Source of the DNA: Vitrella brassicaformis CCMP3155
Taxonomy: Eukaryota > Protista > Chromerida
Length of the DNA stretch: 64,000 nt
NCBI GenBank assembly: GCA_001179505.1
Contig: CDMY01000297.1
Coordinates: 66,919 to 130,918, forward strand
Direction: 5' to 3'
Shown one piece after another: positions 25,592 through 36,861 of this stretch (position 1 is the first letter of the stretch; every line of letters begins with the position of its first letter). The notes beneath the pieces were generated by a model. The model did no database searches. It saw only the letters and a program-made list of their open reading frames with translations, and was not told the origin of the DNA. Position numbers and translations under genes: made by a program.

Positions 25592-26565
25592 TCACTCACT
25601 CCTCTTCAGCTCGAATATCTCAATCTCATTCTCATCCAGCACAAGCGACTTCAGAAACTCACAGTCACGCACCGTGCCGGCCTCCGACAAGCCATGCAAG
25701 TTCGCATCAAAGAAAGTGCGTATGGTGGCCTCTGTCGCCACTCGCTTCACCAACACATCAGAGGGGAGGGAGGCGAAGAACTCTCTCTCCTTCTCGCTGT
25801 CTCGCCACATGTGGGCGAGGAGACACACAGTCTGGGGCGATAATAGCTCCAGCAATGTCTCTTTGAGGGGGCCGTGAGCATCAGAAAAGGCGAGCACGTC
25901 ACAGCACAACAAAACGTCGATGCTCTTGGCACCGGACTGCCGAAGAACATTTCCCGAGTCGGCCGTCCCCCAGTGGAGGCGCTCCTCTTGCGGCATGACG
26001 GCGGGCAGCCGGCTGTCTTCGGCTGCTGGGCGCTTGACAAAGAGAGAGCGGTTGCGCTCGACATTGGAGGACAAGAAAGGAAGCACAGACTCTGAAGGGC
26101 ACATACAGCACCACTCACAATAGCCCCCACGAGATGAACGACTTACCCTGGTCGGTGAGGACTACTCTGGCTCCGAGACGGGCGGCAGTCAGGCCACACA
26201 GGCCACAGCCGGCCCTACAAGCAGACACATGAGGCTGACATCCGGCAATGCATGCACACCTATCCGGCGACTCCCATCCACCCGAGTTCCACGATTGTTG
26301 CCGGGGTCGTGAAGCTCATCCTTCCCTCGTGTGCGCACTGCTCGAGGTATCTGAGGATGTTCCGCCCATTGATCGACGCATGGCCGTCTGTTTGTGCTTG
26401 ATCATCTTGATGCGAACCATGCGCATGGCCAGACTTGCTGTCCGACGAGGCCCCATTTGTAGGCGCATCACGATCATTGATGGTCGTTGAGGGAGGAGGA
26501 AGCACCTCGTAAGTGAAATCCCGAATCATTGTATTTTGGGCCTCCGTGCGCACTTCTTTTGCCAT
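25592..26565 (-). CDS. METTL21/Methyltransf_16-like SAM-dependent (lysine) methyltransferase
   Basis: Spliced motif I IVELGAGCGLCGLTAARLGARVVLTDQ, plus LHWG, DVLLCCDV and LLAHMWR. Confidence 0.85.
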
Positions 26566-26677
26566 GTCTTCTTATCCCACTGCCCCTCCATCCGCCGGAA
26601 TGAGACGCCCCCCGTCTAAGCTCGCGATCCTCCGCGATCCCCTCTTCCCTCCCCCCCTCCCCCTTCTCCCCTTCGCG
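26566..26677. promoter_or_regulatory. Putative compact bidirectional promoter (methyltransferase / kinase)
   Basis: 112 bp between divergent ATGs; CTAAGCTCGC at 26616-26625. Confidence 0.5.
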
Positions 26678-27283
26678 ATGAAGCACAATTCCATAAGCAT
26701 TCACGACCTGGACTGGGACGAAGACGAGGACTGTATCGGTAACGAAAGGCTCGACCACGATGAATGGCTCGGTAGATGAGTCCGTGTTGGACTGCCAGGG
26801 GGAGGATCATTCGCCCAGGTTTTCAAGGCCAAATGGGAAGATCGGATAGTCGCCGTCAAGAAGGCGAAACGGGAGTTGATAGCGCAGCTCGGAAAAGATG
26901 TACTGTCCGCATCGCACATGCCATTGGCATCGTTGGCATCCCAATCACTGCACGTGTGGATCTTTTGTCGTGCAGGGTCTAACCGACAAAGTGATGATGG
27001 AGGCGGACATGCTGGCCCGCTTACAGCATCCACACGTCGCAAAGCTGCTGGGAGTGTGTTTCGACAAGAAGATCCCCTTCATCGTGCTGGGTGAGTTAAG
27101 CAAGCCCGAGCACAGTTTGATGCTGTGGTGCGGTTTCAATGCAGAGTTTTATGTCGATTCACTTCGCGACTGCCTCAGAAAGCTACGCCAACGAGCAGGA
27201 GGACTCCCCGAGCACTTGCAGGATAAATACGCTAAGCAGGTGAGGCGAGGCTGCACACCCATGGCTCGGCCACTTTGCTGTTT

Positions 27284-27314
<31 letters not shown>

Positions 27315-30300
27315 CGTCAGATCTGTGAGGGTTTGATTCATGCTCACAGTCTCGGCATCGGCCATCGCGACCTCAAGCCCGAAAACATACTTGTGAGCGA
27401 CAAAGAAGGCCCCGCATAAACTTGTATGTGTATCCATGTCTTATTCCTGTCTGCAGCTCGATGATGATGGCAACGTGAAGCTGTCCGACTTCGGCCTTGC
27501 TTGGGAGATGCCAGACGAAGCCACGCACAAAAGCGTTCTGGAGTTTGGTAAGAGGACGTTTCAATGCCCGTCCTTCAATCAGATCGCAGCATGTTTGCAT
27601 GAGTGAATGCAGCGGGCACTCCCATCTATGCACCTCCCGAGGCCTATGCAAAGAGTCAGCACAGCACAGCACAGGACGGACAGGCGTCTTCGTTTGTGTC
27701 TCCTCGTTTTTGCAGGGCCCAAGTTGGAGCTCAAGTCAGATATCTGGCCTGTCGGGTGCATCCTGGCAGAGATATTCGGCGGTGAGCAAGACACGCCTTC
27801 AGTCTAGCATCGAATCCATCAAGGCTGTGTCTGGCCTTTAGGTTCTGCGCCTTTTCTCAACCTCAACAAGTGGGAATTTAGAGAAATGATATACGAGAAC
27901 AAAGAAGTACGCACCACCATGGATAGATCGGCGAATGTATAGGCAGGCACGTGTCTCTGTGTCGGACAGATACCTCCCGTCCCCGAGAGTGCCCCCGTCA
28001 ATGTCAAACAGGCCATCCAAGTAAGACAGAGCTTTATGGTGTGAGTGCAATTCGTATGCTCGCATGGCCCGCTCCTCAGAGTTGCTTCGCCTTCAGTCCA
28101 CGAGATCGCCCGACTGCAAAAGAGGTGACGTACCCTGCGTGTGTCTTTGCCTTTGTGAATATGACGCGATACACATGATACAATCAGCTTTTGGACAAAC
28201 TCAACAAGCGAGGTCGCGCAGGTGACGCCTGAAACCGACACTAAGAGAGGGACATGATCAATTCGTGTCTGGTGTGTATGTGTACCATGGCAGTGACACC
28301 CGACCCGCGATCAAGCCACGCACTCGGTGGGTGGCGCCTCCAACAAAGGGGACGATCGACGGCTTGCACGCAGCCACCTATGAGTATCTGTTCATGCAGT
28401 CACACCCTCGCCAGACCCCGTGCCCGTCTCGCCCTCAGCACCCGACACCCCACCAGCTCCACCAGAGCCAGAGATCGAACATGTACACACATAAACAGAG
28501 GCCGTCGGATATAGGCCTCCTTACTGATATCAGGGTGACATCTTCGAGGCCGTCCAGGCCGGCGATTTGCAGTCGGTCAGGGCAATACTGAATCGAGATG
28601 GCAAGGACGTTCTGGCTTTGACAGACTACAAATCTGGCTTCGGCTTCTTCGGCGAGGTATGCGATCGTGGAGACGACAGAAATGCACTCAGTGGTCCGTG
28701 TCTTCTCATATCTGCGCAGAGGACACCTTTCCTTGCGGCGGCTGAGAACGGTCATTTGGATGTCATGTCGCTGATGTATGAGAAGAAGCGAGACATTGTG
28801 AGTCAAAGAGTCGAGCCACACGGTGTGACTGCTCTGCTCCTGGCTGCCAAAGATGGCCGTATTGCGGTGACGGAAAAGCTGCTGGAGTGGGATCCGAAGC
28901 TGATCGACACCCCAGCAGAGGTGAGAGATGCATAATGATGCGTAAGAAAGGTGAGAGGGCACGTATCACTGCGTTGATTCCATCGTTGGTTAAAGGGTGA
29001 CCAGACAGTTCCGAGTCCATTCATCGTGGCTGCCGCGTTTGGTCACGTGGGCGTTATGACAGTTCTGTATGAGAGCAAACGTGACATACTGCAGCAAACA
29101 GACAAGGTACTTCCACAACCAAACCACCTCTGTGCTGCTAGTGGTGATGATGAGGAGATGTGTGTCGGCTTTGGTGACTGTGATGGAATGCAATAGGATG
29201 GTTGGAATGCCTTGCACGTGGCTGTCAAGATGGGCCATGTTGCGGCGGTCAATCAGCTGCTGGAGTGGGATCCCAAGCTGATCGATGAGCAGGACAAGGT
29301 CAGAGCACACATGTCTTCGATGCTCTATTGTGTCGATTTTCTGTGTCGATTGCAGGAAGGTAACACGCCGCTTATCCTCGCGTCCCAGGGATGTCGTGTT
29401 GACGAGCTGATCGCCATGGTTTCCAAGACAGGAAGGGACATTATCAAACAGAAGGACAATGTGAGAGGCAAAAGCTGGAGACAAACAGACTGCCTCTCAT
29501 CTGTTTGATTACCTTTCCGTGTGTCTTGCATGACACACACAAGGATGGGGACACAGCGCTTCACCATGCAGCACGCAAAGGGGATATCGCAGCTGTGGCT
29601 CAACTGTGAGGGCGGACAGACACCGATGAATGAGGTGAACATTACCTCATCTCTCTCTCGGTCTGCACTTAGGTTGGAGTGGCGCCCTGAGCTCCTTGCT
29701 GTGCGCAACACAGTAATGGAGCAAATGTGTCTGTGGCGCCTCTTTGTATGGCCTGCTGGTGGTGAGTGCATGCAGTGGGATAGAAGTGCCCTGCACGTGG
29801 CTGCCAGGAATGGCAATGCTGAAGTCGTAAATGAGTTGCTGAAGTGGGATTCCACTGTCAATCATTCCAGATTGCTCGATGCGCACGACAAGGTGACAGA
29901 ACACACATTTCTTTGATGCTCTATTGTGTCAACTGTGTCTGTATCGATTGATAGTTCGGAAGGACGCCGTTCATCTGGGCTGCATTCAACGGTCATGTTG
30001 CTGCGATGAACTCCCTGTATGCCAAAGGGAAGATAGACATTCTCACGCAGCAGAGTAAGGTGACTGGAAGTCACGCAAAACGTCTCTCCTCACGCCTCTC
30101 ATCTGTTTCATTGCCTTTTCTTTCTTTCTTTCCTTCTTTCTTCCTTTGGTCAGGCCACTGGCATGACGGTGAGAAATCTCAGAGAGAGAGAGATGTGTCC
30201 GACTTGTCCGATGTGGATGAGGCACACAGGCTGGATACACGGCACTACACTGGGCTTCATTTGAGGGCCATGTTGGAGCTGTAAAGCAGCTGTGAGAGAA

Positions 30301-32555
30301 CAAACTAATGGTGCGAATTTTCGTCTAAATATTGCCTCCCTTTCTCTGCACTCAGATTGGAGTGGGGTCCTGAGCTGCTCGACGCACGCTGCAACGTGAC
30401 GGAGCAAATATGTCTGGAACGCCGCTTTGTGGCGACTGTGTGTGTGTGCGTGTGTGTGCGTGTGTGTGCGAATTTCAGGATGGTGGCACACCATTCATCG
30501 AGGCTGCCACCGAGGGTCATGTTGATGTGATGAAAGCTATGTATGCCGTTAAAAGGAGAAGACCTTCTTTTGCAGCAGAACTATGTGAGAGACACACGCG
30601 GGATACAGAACACTGTTTGACTGGCTTTTCTTGTGCATGACACACAGGGTGGGTCGACGGCGCTCCATTATGCTGTATCCCATGGTCGCTCTGAAGCTGT
30701 GGCTCAGCTGTGAGAGACACAGACGAATGACTCAAATATTATCTCGTTCATTTACTTTCTGTCCCCGTTTCCAGGCTGCAATGGGGTGCGGAGCTCGAAA
30801 TCGAAAACGAAGCGGTGACTACGTGGACACATCAAAAGGGATCAATTGTCTGGTCTATCTTGGAACAGGGCCACTGTCCGTGGGATCTCAGCGAGGGAAA
30901 GCCTGAGATTCGTGAGCTGATGAAGAAGTATAGGAGACCAGCGAAAACCGCGCCGCAGGTCAGAGCCGTATGACGCTGAGATGCCGCCCTTCGTCAACGT
31001 GCTGTTGTGTTGACTGACCAGCCTGACATCTTCATCGCCATCAAGGCCGGCGACGTAAGGTCTGTAACTGAGATGATCACTCACCAGGGGAAGTCGATAC
31101 TCGAGAAACGAAACGGCATGGGGGTATGCAGCCTGATTACCCACTCGTTTAACAACAAGGCTTCAATCGCGTGTATCTCATTTCTGCAGTTCACGCCGTT
31201 CCTTTGGGCGATGCTTAAAGGGCAGGAAGAAAGTCGTCTTGGGCTCATGTCGGTCATGTATGAGAGCTACGGCCCGTCGCTTCTGCTACAGGCCATCACT
31301 TGGGTACAATCACAGCCATGTGAGCGAGGAGGTTTTCAATTTGTACGGCTGTGTTGGGATGCAGCTCGGAATAACTGCTTTGCACGCAGCTGCTTCTGAT
31401 GGCAAGCTTGAGATGGTCAGTCAGCTGCTCAAGTGGGGCGGGGCTCCATTGCTTCATGCGCGCGACAAGGTGCGAGTTTCCGAAGACACTTGTAGTGTAT
31501 TTGAAGTCTTTTCGTGTCGACTGTATCCATGTCGATTGAGGATGGAACCACGCCACTCATCGCAGCTGCCGAGGGTCACCATGTTGAGGTCGTAAATGAG
31601 CTGCTGAAATGGGATTGCAAGTCGCTCGATGCGCAAGGCAAGGTGAGAGAGAACACACATTTTTTCGATCCTCTATTGTGTGCCTGTGTGTGTTGATTGC
31701 AGGAAGGCATGACGCCATTCATATGGGCCGCCGCGGGCGGGAGTCCCGATATGATGAAGGCCATGCATGCGATCAAAGGAGAGGACCTGCTGACACAGAC
31801 GGACAACGTGAGGCACATATTTCATGACGAAGGGAGTGCGCTTTATATGCTTGACTTGTCAGGAAGGAAACGCGGCCCTGCATCATGCTGTGATGACTGT
31901 CGGTGAAATGATTCGCAGTCCTGCAGCTGTCCTTCAGCTGTAAGAGAATGAACCATGAACACATCATCCACTCTCTCTCTCTCTCTCCCTCTCTGTGGCT
32001 CTTTCTGCTTTTCTCAGAATGGAATGGGGCGGCTCTGCTCTCCTCGACGTCAAAAACAACGATGTAAGTGCAGCCACGTCTGGGCTCCATCGATAGTTGA
32101 CTAGTGCTTCTGCTGTTTATCAGGGAAGACGCCTTGGGACTTCGCTGCGGAAGATGCGGAAGCCGCCTCCTTTTCACAGAAACAAGTCAGAGACCTCATG
32201 GACAGAGGTCTGTACGAGACACCAACATGTTTGGGCGCTAGCACATGCAGTCACATTTGTGCTGCCTTCAGTCCGGAAAGGGTACGTCATTCACCGATTT
32301 CGCTTCCCTCTGCCAAGTGCGGGTGTGCTCGGATCCTCTAAGGTGTGCCTTGCGGGCTCGTGGGATAACTGGGAGACCACAGAGGGGATGGAGTTCTCTG
32401 AAGCTGACCGCGCCTTTGTCCTTCCCCTGATACTCCCCCGCGGCAAGTATATATACAAATTCCTCGTGAACGGCAAGGACTGGTTGTGCGCCCGCACCAT
32501 GCCAATCGAGAGGGACAAAAGCGGCCAGGAAAACAACGTGCTCGTGATTAGTTGA
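26678..32555 (+). CDS. TKL-like Ser/Thr protein kinase fused to a long ankyrin array and a C-terminal CBM48 (AMPK-beta-type glucan-binding) domain
   Basis: GGGSFAQV, VAVK, HRDLKPEN, DFG, GTPIYAPPE, SDIWPVG; Pro-rich linker; more than 12 ankyrin repeats; in-frame splice TAPQ|PDIFIA joins two ankyrin blocks; KVCLAGSWDNW...LPRGKYIYKFLVNGKDW. Confidence 0.8.
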
Positions 32556-33064
32556 ATGCATACTGGAGTTGGGGAGGGGGGGCGTGTTGTTGGTATTGTG
32601 TTGTTGGTTGTTTGGCCCCTGTTGTGTGGTTGCCCCTGTGTCGTGGGTGAGGGTAGGGCGTCACTGATCGATCAATAAGTGTGTCTCATAGCGTGTCTCA
32701 CCATGCATATTCAGGCTAGGTGCGTTCGTGCATCTAACGCTCTACATGTGGAACTGAGGTCCTACCTACTATGAAAGGCAGACAGTCAGCACTTCATCGT
32801 CCACCACCCCGCCCCCCGTCTGCAGTGCAGGTCTGCAGTCAGTCAGCCAGCCATTCAGCCACCAAACACTTGGGTTGCGCGCACAAGACTCGAAAAAATG
32901 CCCATGCACGCCCCGCCAAGTTGGGCACACCCATACACACACGACGCGACGCCCCAAACACCCAATCACCACACCTACTAGAAGGCGGCACACATGTATG
33001 TATGTATGCATGGATGCATGTATGTATGTATGTCTGTGTTGTGTTGATTGAATCATTCGTTCAT

Positions 33065-36000
33065 TCATTCGACGGATTCCTGCGATGGTTTCTCGCCTTG
33101 CTGCGGGTTGCCGTAGCTGGAGGCGACGCTGTTGCGGGTATGGGGCCGGTACAGAGACGACCCCGCGCTGTCACGCCGAACGATGGACCCTGCACCCAAA
33201 CATGTAACAGATGAGGGCCGAATGGTGGCAGGGGCGAGTTCCTGCTCCTGTCCAACGTGGCTCCTCTCACTTTGTTGTGGTATGGGATGGATGCGCAGGT
33301 CACCCCAGCCGTCCATCTGACTCAGCCCTGACACATACACACACACACACACACACACATACCCAGAATTTGTGGCTGTGTGCGTCTCCTGTCATGTCCC
33401 ATCTACCTGAAGGAGGTGCCATGACGTCGTCTGCCTTCATCCGTTCGGCCACGGGCACCAGCCGGTCCCAAAACACGTAGGAGCACACCAGCGAGAAACC
33501 AACCAGCACCACAGAGGGAATCGCCACCAGGTTGTTGACCGACGCCTCACCGGCTGCATCATATCAACACACGCAGGCACACAACGGTGTGACGTCCTTG
33601 TGTTGTGCTTGTGCGCCGCTTTATATTACCAACGGCACCGGCGATCGAGATCATGACATTGCCAACCACACGACCAAATGTGCCTGGTGCCACCACGCGA
33701 AAACACAAGAGACCGCCATCCATCCATCCATCCATTTGATGCCCCAGCTTCACTCAGATACCAGCTTCGGTTGAAAGAAATCCGCTGTTGAATAGGCCCT
33801 TGCTCATGACCTTGGGCATCACCTTGGACAGCAGACCCATGTTGACACCCTCCAACACCTACACAAATGCAGACACACACATACAGATCAGTCGATTGCG
33901 CCTCTGGCTGGCCCGTCCATTCCGCCCACCTGCGCCGATATGAAGAGTGTGAATCCGCCTATCAGATACTGCACCACGGTGAAGGAGCTGCTGTTCAGCT
34001 CAAAGGTCAACGCGCTGCCTGTGCACACGAAAAGACGGCACACATACATGGGTGCCGTGTTTCGTCCACGTATGTGCCTTCCTTCTCGGTGATCGGTTCA
34101 TTTTTGCTCACGAGCTTCCTTACCCAGTCCAAGAAGGAAGAGCGAGATGCTCTGGCCAACACGGTCGGGGATCATCTGAGACAACTTGCCTGCATGACGA
34201 GGGAGAACAATGCACCGTGGTTCTCACATGTCTGTCTGTGTCTTTGTGAACGCGGCGCTCACCGACGGCCAGGTTGGTGGGCAGGACGAGCAGGCCGATG
34301 ATGGCCAGCATATTGCCCACAGCTGCGTCGCCCCAGCCGAAGAAGTGCGCGGTCACGAGGGGCGCTGCCGTCTGGAAGGCCTCCTGCACCAGCTTGAGCA
34401 CGAAATAAACCCACAGGCACACCACCGTGCCCGACGGGTCCATAACGGACTTGGTCGGCTGGCATGACACACACGAGAAGGAAGAGAAAGAAGAGGAAGG
34501 CGATCTTTTGCGGCTCCTGGCTGTCCATCCATCCATGCATCCATCTATGCGTACATCTTTGAGAGATCTAAATGAAGATGATGCTGCTGGCATGCCGTCC
34601 TCAATGGTCTCGTCGCCCTCCTCAATCGCAAGCAGCGGCTCCAACAGGTCATTATCACGGCTGCAGAACCACAGGTCACACACACACACACACACACACC
34701 GAGAGAGAGAGAGAGACAGCCAGCCGGTTGCTGTGTGCACTTGGTTGGTCGTCATATATACCTTTTTGCGTATTTCCTGATGGGCTCAGTGAATGCCAGC
34801 CACGTCATGAAGAAGAATATGAACCAAAGGATGGCCATGATCCAGCCGGGGGCCGTCAGGGGATTCACAGGCAGACCAAACACCTGCAATACGCATAGAC
34901 GCACGGAACGGGGATGTGCGCACACGCCGTTAGCTGACCGAGAAGTTGATCATGTTGAGCAACGTCTGGCTGCCGGGCCCGACGGTCATCCCCAGTGACC
35001 CCACGGCGACAAATATCGCCGACTGGAAGGTCTTCTGGTCGATCGTCACGAAATCCGCTATGTACCGACGGTTCACCGCCCGATTCCCGCCAAGACCCAC
35101 AATCAGACGGGCTGCACACAGCCACAAGACACATACACATAGACATAGACATAGACATATGCAGACAGGAGATGTAGATGAGCACAGGTGGCTGGCTGAC
35201 GTGGCTTACCCAGGAAAAGCAGTGCAGGGCTGCCGAACGGCAAGGCCAGAGCGTAGAGGAGGTTGCCGAGCACTAGGATGATTGTGCAGAAGACGAGCGG
35301 CTGCTTGAAGCTGCGGTTGGACCAGAGTGAGTAAATGACGGACGACAGCAGGGACGAGAGGGGCGTCATGGCGAGCAGCAGACCCGACAGTGTGGCCCAC
35401 ATGCCGAGAGCGCTGGCGTACTCGTTGGCCGTGGGAATCACCACGTAGTAGTTGGCCATGTATAGAAACGTGTTGTAGTGATTCAGAAACAAACTGACCA
35501 CCACACACACACGTATGCACAAGCGTCGTCGGTCTTCCGATCTGTGTCCTCTCCCTCCCTGGCTCACCCGAATGCATCAGCCGCGCCGACGGGCTCGGCC
35601 TCATAGTCGATCTGCGCCTGGCCCGCCAGTGTGCTGTAGAACTTGGCCTTCCTGGCGGTGCGCATGGCTCGGCGCTGGAAGGTCAGCAACAGCTCCTCGG
35701 TGTGCTTGCGCTCGATGAGGTGGCCCTCGCCGTCCACAATGGGCTCTGTCGTGCGGCCGTGCAGCTCGTTGACCTGGTGCCTGGTGATCTTGCCCTCCCG
35801 CAGCCACTGGTCCTCCTTCTCACGCATTGAGCTGAACATGGCCTGGAGCTCACCCCACAGGCGGGGGATGTTGGGCGACAGCCGCAGGTCGTCCAGACGA
35901 GAGGCGGTGTTGTCGGGTCTCAGACGCTGGCGCACGAAGTCTCTCAGGAGCCCCTCGCCAGTCGTGCCACGGTATATGAAGCCAGCCTGATAGTGGAAGA

Positions 36001-36801
36001 GAGCAGCACGGATGCGATGATGTCGTTTGCACACGAAAGAGGCTGACCATTTTGGTCTTCTTTTCGCATTTCTTGAGGATCTTTCTGACTCCCTATCACA
36101 CACACACAAGCAGAGATATCACACGGGAATGTGAGTGTGCGTTGCGAAAGAAGACCTCGGCGTTCAGCTCGGCGAACTTGATGACGTCGGCCATCTCCTC
36201 GGTCGTCTGGCGCAACTCGCCATCTGACGCACGACGCAATACTTCGATGTATCCGCATATCGTATGCCGTTTGCTCGTCCTTACACATGAGTGGGAGTGT
36301 GGTGGGCGATATGTATGGCCATCGCTTCTTGAGTGAGGCGAGGCTGTTGACGCCGCGCTTCAACACGTCCTCATAGAAGATCTGCACACGCGCGGCAGGC
36401 AGGCCAACGCAACAGGCAGGCGCAACGTCGTAGATCATCATAGATCAATCATTCCACGCTGCATCTCTGCGAGTACTTACGGCGCTCTTGTTGATCTCGT
36501 GGTCCAGCAGGTTCCCGAATCTGCACACAGGCAGAGGCGCCGCAGACCCATCCACCATCCATCATACGCCGCCTTTCGGCTCACCTGTCGATAGATTCCT
36601 TGATGTCGGCATTTGGCTCCTGGGCTGTGATCTTGGCAACAACTTCTTTGATCTCTTTCTTGAGCCTGAGCACACAGAACGGCCATCCATTCACGGGTAT
36701 GCACAGCTGCTGCCACTTGATGATCACCTCTTATAGTCAATGTAGTAGCCCCGCCACTGCGGCAGACTCTCCTGCTCTATCGTGTTGCCAAACTTAACCA
36801 T
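33065..36801 (-). CDS. SPX-MFS (PHT5/VPT-like vacuolar phosphate) transporter
   Basis: SPX start [28 protein letters not shown] and GVRKILKK; MFS part [58 protein letters not shown]. Confidence 0.92.
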
Positions 36802-36861
36802 GATTGCGGTCAGATCTGGCTTCGAGATCTGCAAGCTTAGCAGCAGATCGCCCTACCGAAA
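36802..36861. promoter_or_regulatory. Putative 60-bp bidirectional promoter/overlapping 5' UTRs (SPX-MFS / C2 protein)
   Basis: Divergent ATGs at 36801 and 36862; GCAAGCTTAG at 36831-36840 (reverse complement CTAAGCTTGC). Confidence 0.45.
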
